From assembly GCA_030265395.1 (NCBI GenBank), contig JARFYF010000074.1:31503466-31567465 (forward strand): 64,000 nucleotides of DNA. The letters run 5' to 3'. Below are positions 37,386-51,769 of the stretch, one piece after another. Position numbers and translations under genes: made by a program. Within the stretch, counting starts at the first letter, position 1; each line of letters opens with the position of its first letter. The notes under the pieces were generated by a model that searched no databases, was not told where the DNA came from, and saw nothing but the letters and a program-made list of their open reading frames with translations. The stretch comes from Rhina ancylostomus (lineage: Eukaryota).

Positions 37386-38570
37386 TTTTCTATTTTCACA
37401 CTGGTAAAAATCAAATCCTTTTATAGATTAACCTAGTTCAAAGAGGAAAATAGAATACAAAATATCCTCCTAAATGCTGAAACCTGCAACACTTAAACAT
37501 TTAGCAAGAGTTTGTTATCACTCTGAATGTTATATTGAAGCCAATATTTATGAAGGGAAAACTATAAAATGAATGGACCACATGATTATATGCCATTTAA
37601 ACAGATTTATAAAGCATCAAGGGGAGGAAAATTGACAAATTGTTAAAGATATTTGAACTAGAAATAAACATTGCATTTGGTTAAATAACATCATCAGACT
37701 GGTTTGGATTAAGAAAGGAATTCAGTTAAGACAAATTAAACAAGAATTGCATTGGGTCCTTGGACCATTTGAAAGTACAGATAGAAATTACAAAACCGAA
37801 GCAGACTGTTTCATCTAACAAGTCTCTATCAGACCTTCTCCTCCACATGAGCAAGTAGTTCTAATCACATTTTCTGTCACCTAATGTCTAATCCAATTGC
37901 CTCAAATCTTGACTATGAATTCACTAAAAGACCTTCTCTAACCTTGAATTTTGCATTACTTGTGGAGCCCTTGACCACCGTAACCATACATCCTTTCTGC
38001 AACCTGTCATTTTCAATATTTTAAGCACTAATGCATTGTTCTGCTGAAGAAATTTCTAACTCAGCCTTAAATTGTCTATCCTTTTATTCTAAAACTTCGA
38101 CCCCAGGTTCCAGATGCCTCAGCCAGGGGAAATATTCTTCCTGCTTCCAGCCTGTTGACACCTACAAGAATTCTGTAAGGTTCAATGAAATCTCTCATTC
38201 TTCTAAACTCTAGAGAATACGGGCTGAATCTACTCAATCTCTCCTCATATGGCAAACCTAGAACCAGGCAAGTGAATGTTCATTGCACACTCTCTATGGG
38301 AAGTACCTCCTTGTTTTTATGTTTATTAAAAAAACACCTTAAAATGGAACACAATACTCTGGGTGTGGTCTCATCAAGGCCTTAGTAAGACATCTTGTAT
38401 TTAAGGCCCACATATCATCTACCTTCCTGATAATTGCTTCACCTGCATGTTGGCTTTCAATGACTTGTGTTCAAGAACATGTAGGTTCATCTGAACATTC
38501 AATGTTATCCAATCTCAACAAATGTTCTACTTTTCTGTTTTATGCAACATAGAATCATAATGTTATGGAA

Positions 38571-38875
38571 GTGGCTCAGCTGGTAAAGCTGTTGCTTTGC
38601 AGCTCTATAACATGCTCTCAAATCCTGTCTGTGTGGAGTATGCACATTCTCCCTGTGACCAAGCAGGTTTCCTCTGGGTAGTCTGGTTTCTTCCCACAAC
38701 CCAAAGGGTAGTAGGTAATAATCCAATGTAAAATTGCCCTTAGTGTACATGGATGGTAGAATTGATAGGAATATGGGGAGAATGGGTAACAGGGAAAAGC
38801 AGTGGGGGAATAGGATTGCTCTGTGAACTGGCATAGACTCATAGGCCAAAGAGTCACCTCCTATGTCATAAGGCA
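38571..38875 (+). mobile_element. tRNA-derived V-SINE (HE1-like)
   Basis: A-box GTGGCTCAGCTGG and V-domain TGTCTGTGTGGAGTATGCACATTCTCCCTGTGACC...GGTTTC.TCCCACA.CCCAAAG. Confidence 0.75.
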
Positions 38876-38929
38876 ATATGGAATTATGGCCCAATGATTC
38901 CACAGTGACAATCAAGTACCTATTTATAC

Positions 38930-39192
38930 CAATCTAAATCTAATCCCATTTTATTCTCCCTCCATTCCAACCAACTTCCCCAGATTCTACCAGTATCACT
39001 CCACTCACCTACACACTGGGGGCAATGTACCAACTAACCTACCAACCTGTACATCTTTGACATGTGGGAGAAAACTGGAGTATCCATAGGAAATCCACAG
39101 TCACAAGAGAACATGTAAACTCCATGCAGACAACACTGAAGGTTGAGACTGAACCTAGGTCATTGGAGCTAGGAGGTATCTGCTGCACCACC
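38930..39192 (-). mobile_element. tRNA-derived V-SINE
   Basis: Reverse complement of the V-domain (ATGTAAACTCCATGCAGACA; TCTTTG..ATGTGGGAGAAAACTGGAG). Confidence 0.7.
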
Positions 39193-39484
39193 ACCAGAAT
39201 GGAGAATTTCACATTTTTCTACAGTATATTGCATCAGTCATGTTCTTGCCTACTCCGACAGCTTGTTGGGAAGAGGATGTGAAGCCACTTTACATCCTCC
39301 TCCCAACTCACAATCATCAACAAACTGGTATTTGGTCCCGAGCCAAGTATTGATATAGATCAGGAATAGCTGAAGCCTAAGCACAAATCCCTGTGCTACC
39401 ACCTTGTTCATCGCCTGCCAACTTGAAAGATCTGTATTCCTACTCTTTGCTTTCTATCCAATGAATAAATCTCAATCCATGTCC

Positions 39485-39785
39485 ACACCACCATGTTCAG
39501 GAACAGCTATTTTCCTACCGCCATCAGGTTCTTGAACCTATCTACACAACCAAACCCTACCTCAGCAATGGAAAACTACGGACCACCTCTTGCACTACTG
39601 TGAACTTGTCTTTGATTGTGTCTCTTTTTTGCTCTAAGGTCTTGATTTTGCACAGTCCTTTTTTCCCCACTGTCCTGTATAATTTATATTCTGTGTGTCA
39701 TCTGTACCTACCAACCTGCTGCAAGATTTTCATTGTACTAAACCTCACCGTACTTGTGTACATGATAATAAAGTCTTCCTGATTT
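39485..39785 (+). mobile_element. Rex1/Babar-type LINE 3' tail
   Basis: Encodes FRNSYFPTAIRFLN, followed by a tail homologous to 1070-1330. Confidence 0.7.
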
Positions 39786-40511
39786 GACATTACCTCCAAC
39801 TCCATGTGCTCTAATCTTGCTGACTAATTTTCTCTGTGGGACTTAACAAAAGTCTTCCCAAGATCCAAATACTGTCACAATGTTGATCCAGAGTAAACTC
39901 ACAGAGAACCCAAATGCAGCACACTGACACAAGACTGGAGTCAGGATACNNNNNNNNNNNNNNNNNNNNNNNNNNNNNNNNNNNNNNNNNNNNNNNNNNN
40001 NNNNNNNNNNNNNNNNNNNNNNNNNNNNNNNNNNNNNNNNNNNNNNNNNCATTAATGGAGCCAAATTGAGGGCCAGAACTCAGAACCATGACAGATGCAG
40101 TTGTTTCCCTTTATCTATTTTATGGGACTCCACTGGATTAGTTAAACATGATTTTCTTTTCATAAATCCATGCTGACTCTGCTCAATCCTGTCATTCTTT
40201 TCAAGGTATTCTGTTATTACATCCCACAGTTTAGATTCTAGCACCTTCCTCACCACTGATGTTAAACGAACAAGTCAGTGGTTCCTTTTGTTTTCTCTGT
40301 ATTTCCTTTCTTAAATAGTGGGGGTTCATATTTACTACCTTCCAAACTGTAGGAACAATTCCAGATATTTCAGCAGGTGATAGCCACCTTCTTCAAAGCT
40401 CTGGGATGTAGGTAAACAGGCCATTGGGATCTATTAGCTATTAGTCTCACTAACTGTTCATAATTATTAATAGTACTTTATAGCAATGATAGTTTCCCTT
40501 TTCAGTTCTTC

Positions 40512-40728
40512 ATTCAAAGATCCCCACCATCCGGGCCATGCCATTGTGCTGGACGACAGAAGCCTGAAGTCCCATACCACTAGGTTCAAGAACAGCTATG
40601 TCCCTTCAACCATTCAGTTCTTGAACCAACCAGAAAAACCCTAATCACTACAGCTTAGCAATACTATGACCACTTCAATCACTTGCATTAAAATGGACTT
40701 TGTTTTTTGTACTAATTTTTTTTTGTAA
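40512..40728 (+). mobile_element. Rex1/Babar-type LINE 3' end
   Basis: Encodes KDPHHPGHA...TTRFKNSY. Confidence 0.7.
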
Positions 40729-42904
40729 NNNNNNNNNNNNNNNNNNNNNNNNNNNNNNNNNNNNNNNNNNNNNNNNNNNNNNNNNNNNNNNNNNNNNNNN
40801 NNNNNNNNNNNNNNNNNNNNNNNNNNNNNNNNNNNNNNNNNNNNNNNNNNNNNNNNNNNNNNNNNNNNNNNNNNNNNNNNNNNNNNNNNNNNNNNNNNNN
40901 NNNNNNNNNNNNNNNNNNNNNNNNNNNNNNNNNNNNNNNNNNNNNNNNNNNNNNNNNNNNNNNNNNNNNNNNAGCAAGAACAATGAGAAATGAATTGGAA
41001 ATGCATGCAAAAGAATGAAATAAATCAGAATACCTTGCAGAGACATGCAATACAATGGAGTAAAATCAATATGTCTTACCAAAGGTAAAGCATACAACAT
41101 TTTTTTAATAAGATGGTAGGGGGAATTTACAGAGTGAAAATGCCAAGAAACTGATGAGGAATAAATTGTGATCTGAGGGATAAACAAGTTGGAAACATAG
41201 TAAAGGATTCTTAAAATATGTCAGGACTAAATGAAAGATTTAGCCCAATTATCAACAATAGGTAAGTCATATCTGAAAAAAAGATTGCCAAAATGTTTAA
41301 ATATTAGTATTCTAATATGTTGATTTTTAATTCCTGTGAAGTAGCTTGGTGCAATAAAAATGCAGGCATTTGTTGGTGTTAAGAGAAACAAGAATTATGA
41401 ATATATTTTACAAAGTGAATATAGATTTTAAAATTAAAATTACAAGTGGTATTGAAGATACTGAAGTTCAAAGCAGTTAATACCTTGACAACTTTCTTTC
41501 CCAGATTTTGAAGTAATGAGTTCCTACAGTCATAAGTCCTCTTGTAGGTAAATCTATTATACCCTGGGCACTAACCAAAAAACAGAAAACTGGAAAATAA
41601 CTAATGTATCTCATATCTTCAGAAGATTCAAAGGATGAGTCATTGTAAAATAGCCTTTCACACCTTACATTGACTGAAATGTGATTAACAATCCTGAGTA
41701 GTGAACAAAAATATTCATTTGCCCCTTTCACAAATCTGGCATTTATAAACACCCCGCACCCAGCCTTGAAAGTGGTAGTGAGCTGCCTTAAAGCACTTGG
41801 TCTCTCTCAATGGTGTTATGCAGAAAATTATAGGATTTTGACCCGGAAACAGAAGTGATCTATTACCAAGTCAAGATACAGTAGTGAGTGATATGTTGTG
41901 AAACAGATGTGATAGTGCTACCATTTGATTGCTGCTCTTGCCCTTCTAACTACGAGATGTGTTGTCAAAGAGACGTCCGGAAATTTCTGGAATACATTAT
42001 GTCGAGGACACAGTATGCAACAATTTAGAGGCAGTGGTGAAGTGAGTAAATGTTTAAATTGATGAACAAATTGGTAATGAAGTCAGCTTCTTTGGAGGTG
42101 TTGGAGGTCCACTCATCCAGGTACTGAATCAATTCAAATACCCCAAGATAATGATGGCTGGGTTTCCATTCATGGTAAAATTCTGTATGTCAAGAGAGGT
42201 GCCTGGGCAATCTCTTGTTGTAGATGATCATTACCCAGTTGTAGAGTTGTGCAAATGTTACTTACCACTAACCAGGCCAGGTCTGGACGTTACTTTAACC
42301 CAACTCTTGACATAAAACCCTGCTGATGAAATCAGGCTATAGTTTCACTTCTACAGGTACAGTTCTGGTTCACTGATTACTGAAATTCTCTCCAAGTCAC
42401 ATTTTGGAGAGCTGGACCATTTCAGATAGAAAGCTCAGCACATAAAGGCCAAAACACAAATCACTATTTAACACAAGCACCAGTCAATCAGAAAGACTTT
42501 TTTTGTCTGATTATGTTCCTGTAACCCACCTTTCACTATTAAAGACACCATAAATTGCCAGGTTTGTTCATGAAATATTCACTTCAGGCAGGAGAGAATA
42601 CTAATTATTTCATAACAATTAAGTTATAGCTAAACTGAATTTATCAATTTGTTTCTACCTATGTTTATTTATGGCACTTCTCACTGCAACTCAGAAACCA
42701 TTTTGCCTCATACAACTCTGCATCTAAGCTTAAGAACACAAGATGGAGCAGAAAGAAAAGATCATACATCCCCTTGAACCTGCTTATGGTTGATCTCAGC
42801 TTTGGCCTCAACTCCATTTTCCTGCCTTATTCCCATTATTCTGAATTCCCCAATAGTCCAATAATCTATTTTAGCCTTGAATCTTCTGGCTGATAGAATC
42901 CCAT

Positions 42905-43320
42905 GGGATCAAGAACAATTTACTTCCACTCTGGTTCTATAGATTCTGAAGTGACCAATGAGGCCAACGTGAGAACTGCAATCTCTTCCACAAATGGGAC
43001 AGGAGATACCCGATGGGGAGGGGGTTGGGTGTAGATAGTTTGTGAAGTGGTTTATTTTTTCTGCTATTTGTGCAGGCCTCTGTGTGCCCGATGTTATCAA
43101 TATCATCTTGAATGCTTCTTCTCACTTTGAACAATCATAGGTCAATTTGCAAGATTCAGTGGGGATGTCACATTTTTCCAAGGGGATTTTAAGCACATCC
43201 TTGAATGTTTTCCTCTGTCCATCTAGTACTCTTTCCTAAGGCAGAGCTTGGTATAGACTCTGTTTTGAGAGTCTGGTGGCAGGCATGCAGATGGTGTGGC
43301 CTGCCCAACACTGCCTTCAC
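42905..43320 (-). mobile_element. RTE LINE 3' end with C2H2-like motif
   Basis: CPICGRDCSSHVGLIGHFR; homologous to 56130-56350. Confidence 0.7.
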
Positions 43321-43766
43321 CATGCCACATTGCTCTCTGCCAATAAAACCTATGAGGATAATAAAAGATGTGAACCACTTCTTAGAAGAAGGCTTTCATT
43401 GAAGATTGATAATTAAAAAATAATAAATTAATATAAACAAAAATCATTGAAAATTCATTAAAAAAGTGAGGTTCATAGAAAATTGAGAGCCACCCTTCTA
43501 TGAAGAAGATATTGATGATGAAACTCACCATTGCCTTCAATATGCAGCAGCACATACAAGCCCAGCATAAGAGCACAGCTACCTATTCACCTGTCCTACC
43601 TGTGGTAAAGACTACAGGACCCACATTGGCCTCATTAGAACCTACAGAATTGGGAAACATGCTGGATTCTAAAGGACTGCCTAAGGTGGTGCTGATTTTG
43701 ATTCAACGTAATAAGCAAAACTGGTAGAACACATTGTATTTTTTATATTACTTATGATACCATTTA

Positions 43767-43965
43767 CAGGCAGTCCCCAGGTTACGAGAGGGTTCTGAGA
43801 GAAGGCACGTGGATATGCCCCGTTCCCTTCCCACCCGGCAGGAGATGCTGCAGTTCTGCAGCAGCTGACATATCCATCCCCATCCATCCTGCCAGTCTGC
43901 CAAACATTCACTCGTATGTACGGGGTGTCCATAAGATGGGCATTCGTAAACCTGGGGAGGACCTG
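43767..43965. mobile_element. Non-autonomous Tc1/mariner (pogo/Tigger-like) MITE
   Basis: TA|CAGGCAGTCCCCAGGTTACG ... CGTAAACCTGGGGAGGACCTG|TA: imperfect terminal inverted repeats of about 20 bp with a TA duplication. Confidence 0.8.
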
Positions 43966-45679
43966 TATTACATTGTACCTTTATTGCTAGCATTTTGACA
44001 ATTTCTGTTGTAATGGAATTGGTATTTAAATATCTTTTCAACAAGGCATGCTGTGAGAGGTTCAATATCCAATCACAAACAAGTACACACATATTACATC
44101 ATCCTGGCTGACTGCTCAGAATGAAAACAAAACAAAAATCCCTGGAGGAGCGTGTACCATGGGCCTTGCTATCAAGTTCACACTTCTCTGTACTCAGTTT
44201 TTGTGAGAGATGCATATTGATGCTAAGGCATTTTCTTTGGTAATGCTAAAGACTGTGTAAAAAAAAATTGACCAACATAAACATGTACTAATGTTACATA
44301 CAGACAAATGATAAACTCAGTAATAATGAGCTAAATATATTTGTAAGCCTACATCTGTCAACTGAATTATAGAGCCTGTGTAGCACATTTTTCAAGTTTT
44401 ACATCCAGAATATAGAAAACAATTTAAAAATATTAAACTTATTTTAGATGTTCTTAAACAGTAGGTATGAAATCTTTGATTACTGGACTGTCATCTTCTT
44501 TCACAAAGCCATTTCCACGATAATAGTAGATTACAAATCAATCATAGATGTTTGAATATATTTTGCAAATATAAATAATAGACAGGGGTAGATTCAACAC
44601 ATTTGAACATCTTAAAATGCCATAAAGCTTCTCACTCAAATATGACTCATGTTATTGATTTAAGATTGCAATGAGCTCTTTAAGTCATAAAACCATCAAA
44701 AATTTCTGAAGTGCTTTTTTTACTTCTTACATATTGAACAATAAATGAATCCTCTACGGAGCAAGTGTTTTGAAACTGTTCCACTGATTGGTCCAATGAA
44801 AACACAACAGATCACATCAGTTTGACAAGCACCACAATACTGAACAAAGCTGAGAGGAGGATAAATCTGTAATCTGTATTCAGCTTCTCTTTTCACAGAT
44901 GGGGAAAATATTCAGTAAACAATCCCACAAGCCTCCTGGGATCCACAAGCTGATCTAAAGCTTGACACGTCCCTTCTGAGAAATACAGTAGTTCCCAAAG
45001 TATTTTGTTCAACTGCTCAACTTCAGATGGTTTATCTTAAAACAGCATCACTGCTAAATTTACTGCCCCAACTGTTTGAGTAACAGTTTTTGCGAGTCTC
45101 TTGGAAGTTATAAAATACACACCTTTATTCTCTACCACAGTCAACATCTAACAATTAATCCTGATTATATTGAATTGCTCACTAGAGGAAAAAAAAATTG
45201 AGGGGCACATTAATCAGAAGTTAAATGCACTTTGGTTAAAATACAATAAATTTTACCCTTATAAAAGAATGGCATTTATTAGGATCAAAAACTTTTATGT
45301 TAACTGACTCTTGCCTGTTTTAGCAGCATGACAATCATCCATCTAATATATACCGAACTAAGGCCTGACTTTCAATTTAAATGTCAGTAATTTACCTAAA
45401 AGCATGCAAAATAGATTTATTCCTAATCATGATGGAGGATGTCATCCACCAAACTAAAATTGATTAAACTCTTAAAAATAAATGATTTGCTTGTTATTAA
45501 CAAATATCCACGACAATGCAAATATCAGAAGGATTCATGGATTTTTCAAAATATATTTGCATTATAATAACAAACCAATTACAATTTCCAATTTACTAAA
45601 TTTGTGAGCACACAAGTTATTTGAAAAGGAGTAAGTATCAAGCAGTTTGAGCGGTAGTTCGAGCATTCTGAACACTCAG

Positions 45680-46214
45680 AGTACTGTGTTCAGTTCTGGT
45701 CGCCGCATTATAGGAAGGATGTGGAGGCATTGGAGAGGGTGCAGAGGATATTTACCAGGATGCTACCTGGATTAGAGTGTATGGAATATAAAGAGAGGCT
45801 TAAGGTGCTAGGCTTTACTTAAGAGAGGAGGAGGATGAGGGGGAGACATGATAGAGGTGTATAAAATATTGAGAGGGATAGATAGAGTAGAAAGCCAGCG
45901 CCTCTTTCCCAGGGCTCCAATGCTCAAGACAAGGGGGCATGGCTTTAAAGTAATGGGTGGAAAGTTCAGGGGAGATGTCAGAGGGAGGTTTTTCACTCAA
46001 AGGGTGGTTGGTACATGGAATGCGCTGCCTGGGGTGGTGATGGAGGCAGATACATTGGACAGGTTCAAGAGATTATTGGATAGGTACATGAAGGAATGTG
46101 GGATAGAAGGATATGCGGGAGGAAAGGGTTAGATAGTGTGAGGTGTGGTTTGATGGGCAGCACAACATGGTGGGCCGAAGGGCCTGTATTGTGCTGTATT
46201 GTTCTATGGTTCTA
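45680..46214 (+). mobile_element. Young CR1/HER1-like LINE 3' end
   Basis: EYCVQFWSPHYRKDVEALERVQR and MIEVYKILRGIDRV...FFTQRVVGTWNALP; ends in GTTCTATGGTTCTA. Confidence 0.88.
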
Positions 46215-46239
46215 TAAATTCAGGAGAACTAAATTTCTG

Positions 46240-47935
46240 TTGGTTCTGAGGAGGGACCAATGTGAGAATTGCCGACTCTTGCACAGATGGGGCAGGACGT
46301 GGCAGAAAAGGCAAGCGGGTAGGGTAGTGCACTCATTCTGCCACACAGAGGGCTTCTGTATGCTCCTAATGCATTAACTCAAGATTCTCAACACCATTCT
46401 GAATGCTTCTCCTCCACTTTGAGCAACCATGGGCCAGAGGTTCCCAGGAGACAGTCGTGACATACTTCAAGGAACTTTGAGCGCATCCTTGAATTATTTT
46501 CTCTGCCCACCTGGTAATCTCCTCCCACAACTGAGTTCAGAATACAATGTCCATTTTAGGAGTCTGAAGTTGGGCATATAAATATCTTGGTATAACTGAG
46601 TATAACCAGGGCTTAATGATGTGGATGTTGGCCTGGGAGTGATGCTGGTTCACTTATTCTTCCAGTGTATCTGGAGTATTTTGTGGAGATGTCATTGGTA
46701 ATATTTTTTACAGTGCCTTGAGTTGCCTGTTGTACTTAGTTCCGCCTCAGAAGCATATAGAAGGACATAGATCACACAGACCATAAGTGTTTTACTACAC
46801 CTGTGGTCTTGATTTTTTTTTAATGAACCAAAGGCCATGCTAGGACATTGATACCAATGGTAAATTTCATCATCAATGTCTGTCTTCCCCAAGAGGTGGC
46901 TTCTGAGTTTTTGGAAGTGGTCCGTGTTTCCTGGGTTGCAATGTGAACCTTCATGTCAGAGGGCAGCATGGTAGGTTGGTGGAAGAGCTTGGTCTCAGAT
47001 GTTTAGTGCACAGTCTTGTATATTTCAGTGAATGAATCAAAGATGTATTGGAGCTCATCCTCTACGAATGTTATTTGTATTATTCAACTCGACTCCTAAG
47101 GCTCACGTGACATTCATTCTCGAGCTATAGTCACCTTTATTTCTGAAGTTTGCCTTCACTCCCATGGGAAGTTTGTTGGAGGTAAGGTGCAACTTTGCAA
47201 AGAGAAAGATTGAGAAATGGAGCAATGTCACTGCCTTATTAAACACTGGTCACCACTGAGATTGGTTCTATCATAGACCCATTGGTTAGTAACATGACTT
47301 GCATCACATTGTAGAACAAATATAAAATGGAGACTAATTTCTGATGGCAGTCAGATTTGACAATGGTGTTCCACAGTACTTCCTGACTGATTTGAAGGTT
47401 ATAATGAGGACAAAGAAGGCCATATATAGCTGCTGCTTCTTTCTGCATTTTTCTTGAAGATGTTGCATGGAGAAGATCATGTCCACTATGCCTGCAGATG
47501 GATGGAATCCATACTGTGATTCAGGGAACAGGTCTCTGGCACTGGGAGAAGGCAGTTGAGGAGGACTCCAGTGATGATTTTCTCTGTGCCAGACAACAGG
47601 GACCCCTCTGCAGTTACCATTGTCTCATTTCTTAAACCTGGTCATGATTACATCATCCTTGAGGTCCACTGGCATATCCTTCTCTTCCCAGATATTAATT
47701 ACATGATTGTGGATTGGTGACTGAAGCCCTTCACCACCAGGTTAAAGATTTCAGAAGGGATACCATCTGCTCAAGGGGCCTTATTATTTTTGCATTGGTA
47801 TATTACTTTCTCAACTTCCTGTTGGTCAGGACTGGCATCAAAGCTGGCCCAAAGAGGTTGCTGTGGGATGGGGTCAAGGGCACACATGTTAAGGACAGAG
47901 AGGCAGTTGAGACCTTTGAAGTGATCCTTCCTGCA
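46240..47935 (-). mobile_element. RTE (BovB-like) LINE, RT to 3' region, degraded
   Basis: Minus-strand degenerate GNCRGVPVV/ESQYGFHP, VIYQCKNNKAP and YHWYQCPSMAFG; same family as 17690-19340. Confidence 0.75.
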
Positions 47936-48567
47936 ATTCACTCCCAGAAAAGGTGGTGGTGGTGGCAGATACAATTATGTTTTAAAAAGCGATGGACAAG
48001 TACTTGGTTAGGAAAGGTGTAGAGGGATAAACCTATAAGCAATGCGAGCAAATGTGATTACTATAGATGGGCATCACAGTCAAGCAGAATGAGGTGGGCC
48101 AAAAGGACCTGTTTCTGTGCTGTATGTTTTTATGATTCTAGGAATTTTTTTTTGCTTTATAATATTTTCACTGACATTTTCCCTTCCTCAATAAAAATTA
48201 CACAAGTTCAAGAATTAGCAAAACACAAGAAATACACAAAGTAAAACAACAATAATTCCCTTTTTATGCTTTCATGCTTCCTTCTTTTACTGCCAATTCC
48301 ACCTCCCTATCTCATTTGAAATTATTCTCTCTTGTTGGAGTAATTGTACAGGAACAATCATTTCTTTGCTAGCTCATTTCAAGTGGTAATTCTGTATGTA
48401 CGAACATAGGCTAGAAATTCTGCAAAATATTCAACTGCAAAGAACATTATCGATTTGAGCCAATATCCATTTATGCCTCATGTGCATTTTCCATCTGGGG
48501 CTACTGTATAGTAATGAGGAGCTGTTCTTGTTTTCCATTTTCCTTTCCCAAGGAAACTTGGAACAAT

Positions 48568-49044
48568 TTGATAAAGTTCCTCATGGTAGACTTCTCCAGA
48601 AGGTCAGGGGCCAGGGAAGCTTGGTTGTGTGGATTAGGAATTGGCTTGACGGTAGAAAGCAGAGGGTTGTGGTGGAGGAAGTGCCCTCGGATTGGAGGGC
48701 TGTGACTAGTGGTGTCCCGCAGGATCGGTTCTGGGACCTCTACTTTTTGTTATATTTATAGATGACTTAGATGAGGGGGTGGAAGGCTGGGGTAGTAAGT
48801 TTGCGGATGACACTAAGGTCGGCGGTGTTGTGGATAGTGTGGAGGGCTGTCGGAGCTTACAGAGGGATANNNNNNNNNNNNNNNNNNNNNNNNNNNNNNN
48901 NNNNNNNNNNNNNNNNNNNNNNNNNNNNNNNNNNNNNNNNNNNNNNNNNNNNNNNNNNNNNNNNNNNNNGAGGTGTGGTTTGATGGGCGGCACAACACGG
49001 TGGGCCGAAGGGCCTGTATTGTGCTGTATTGTTCTATGGTTCTA
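48568..49044 (+). mobile_element. Young CR1/HER1-like LINE (RT and tail, gap between)
   Basis: FDKVPHGRLLQKV..WIRNWL.GRKQRVVV..VTSGVPQ and [15 protein letters not shown]; tail nearly identical to 46140-46214. Confidence 0.88.
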
Positions 49045-51769
49045 ATTGTTGCAACCAATTGCTGGCCCATGAAAATCATATAACATATTACATACCATAA
49101 AAGTTAAATGGTGGCCAACTTGGCTGCTTGATATTAATGTAAAGTGTTGTTGCAGACTGAGTCATCTGATTGCTTTCCATATATTATCATATTTAATAGG
49201 CCACCAATGATAACAGTGTACAAATGGGATAAACAGAGAAACCCCTTGGGCTTAATACATTGCATTTATCCAAGACCATTTTCCAATAGAAAGACAGAAA
49301 CAGGAAATTCAACAAATACAAGCAAAATCCCTACTTAACTAGATAGAAATAACATGCTGGAGATGCAAAAGCAAACTAGCCAGATGCTGACAATATATTA
49401 CCCAACCTTTCCATAAAAGCGGAGGATAGACAATTTAAGATGGTCACTTGTAGATTGGTGCAGGGAATTACAAGCCAGGTAGACTTTTTGCCTGTTCTGA
49501 TACAAGTCCATGCAGTGTACGGCAATAGCTGTGCAGGACCTATCTGCCTCTTAAACCTGATGTCAGGCATCTTTTTTGTGCTCTTACAGCACTTTACTGA
49601 AAGGTTATTCAATTAAAATCTTAACTCTCTTTCCCTCTCCAGCGACACTGTCTGACGTGCTGATTATTTACAGTATTTTCTGTTTTTATTTCAGATTTCC
49701 AGCATCTGCAGTTATTTGCTTTTAACTTACATTCCTAAATCTGGTCTGCAGTACTGATGGGAGAGATGTGGTGCTGATTTAAGAGATGACAGCAAAAGGG
49801 GTACTCTTTCTCATTTAGGAGATAAGTCAATAAGTCAGCTACTGCCCGAGTCTGCTCTATTGTCAGTGACAAAGGATCAATTATAGGTAGGGTGTTCAAG
49901 GGCTCAAAAATCCAAAGGAATATTGGGCAAATCTCTGAACAGTGAAGACCGGAATCTGAATAAGTGGTTGAAGGGCTTGGTTCAAAGGTCTGGATAGCAA
50001 TGGTAGTGGGAATGCACCTCAAAATTTCACCTTGTATGTCTTATCATGTGCGGCAACCCTAGGACAACATTTGCAATATTAAGACATCCCTGGGAGCAAT
50101 AAATCACTCGTACGGTTTAGGGATATCTCATTTTCTTCGCCTAAGTTCTATTCTTCTAAAGATATGTGGTGGACTCCTTTATCCTTTTCCAGATACATGT
50201 ATGGAATTAGAGGCAAAAATAATTAAGCACAGTAGTTCCACTGGGACATTCAAATCACTGTATGTTCAACAGATCGAAAAGACAGGGTATGTCTTTCACC
50301 AGACATGACAACTTCAATCGAAAGAAGCACTGCTCTTCCATGAGGTCAAGAAAGCTGAACTTCTGCAATGTAAGCTCCATGTAATAGCCTTCGCTGCCAT
50401 GCATGTGATAGTCTTCCTCTTACAACCTCCTGTCAATCACAGACAACATGCCTATTATCCTGCTTGTCAGTTTGAAAGACTTCAAGATGTAGGAATGTAA
50501 AGAATGACTTTTACCTAGTTTCTATAGCCTGTTAAAACTGTTCTGGATAAGTTAAATTTAAACCTAAATAAAACAACTTAAATGCAAAGTCTCCTAAGGA
50601 TGCTAACTGCAGCAACAAATACCTACCCAACAGCACTAATTAAAGCCCTGAATGCTGAGTAGATACTCAAAGACATCCAAACATACCTCTGTTAAACCTG
50701 GAAGTGGATATGTTGCAACAAAGGTCAATTAATATAAATATCCACCCACATCAACTACCTGTTCTTCTTTTATTTTCAGTCTGTTGACAGATACTTGATT
50801 TTGAGCACTAGATCATAAATAAATTGCTTTGGTTTATTAAAACCTAAGTGGTGGCTCTCTTTGTATTGTAGCCATGACATATAAGGGACAGATTAGAGAG
50901 AATAAGAATAAGATAGACTTGAACTAAAACATATTGCAGCAGGGAAGGACTTGGATTCTCGAAGCAGTGCAAAGTTCCAATCACGTACAGCCCCTTACAT
51001 GTTGGGAATGCTACACTGGTGGGAGCTGAGCCACTGAGAAGCAGTTGATGGCTCTCACTAATTCTACTTTCAAGGTCACATTGATACTTGGAAATTGCAA
51101 GTATGGTTGAAACTGTAAATAAGTTGTACTGGTTAAATGCATCATTCCTGTATGCTTGAGCATTAAGCCAAGCAGCATGAAATGACTGTCAGTGAAGGCA
51201 AGGAATGATGCAGTCACTTGCTTCATTGATTGACTGGAGAGCGGAGCAACTAGAGGCCAAAGAGGCTTAAAAGTGGCAGTTTATGCATGAAGTTTATAAG
51301 ATCCTAGAGAATAATACATCAATGAATTGAGAATTGAACCTGAACAAGGCATCTTTAAAATGTTTTAATGCAGCATTGCTTGCTGATTAACCAACGTTAA
51401 CTAATGTTACTAAAGTCCACTTGGAAATAGAGATGCATAAAAATGAAATGCTATTGCAACTACACAGCCAGAGATAAGATAGTACCCTAGTGAAAAGTGG
51501 CTACATAAAAGTTTCCAATAACTGGTATATTTCTATCAGGAAAACATGGAAAAAATGCAGCCTTTTTGCAAACTCCTTGTTAGAAAAATATAGATAGGAA
51601 TTTTGTTGGAAGCATGAATGCCAGTGGGCCAGGTATTACTTGAATATGAAATATTATACACTTCTGGCTTCCATTGTTGCTTGCTGAATCTCTTTACCTT
51701 CTTTTTTCTCAAAGCAATAATTTCCGTATGCAGAATTCAAACTACTTGGTAGTTTCAACCATAGTACAG

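Larger units (their letters stand above)
37960..40500 (-). mobile_element. Fragmented CR1-like LINE interrupted by two V-SINEs and a Rex1 tail
   Basis: Minus-strand CR1 motifs continue at about 38030-38510, 39200-39480 and 39790-40500. Confidence 0.6.

Noticed and set aside
46140-49044. Near-identical ~75-bp repeats that could look like LTRs around the RTE
   Set aside because: They are 3' tails of two copies of the same young CR1 family.
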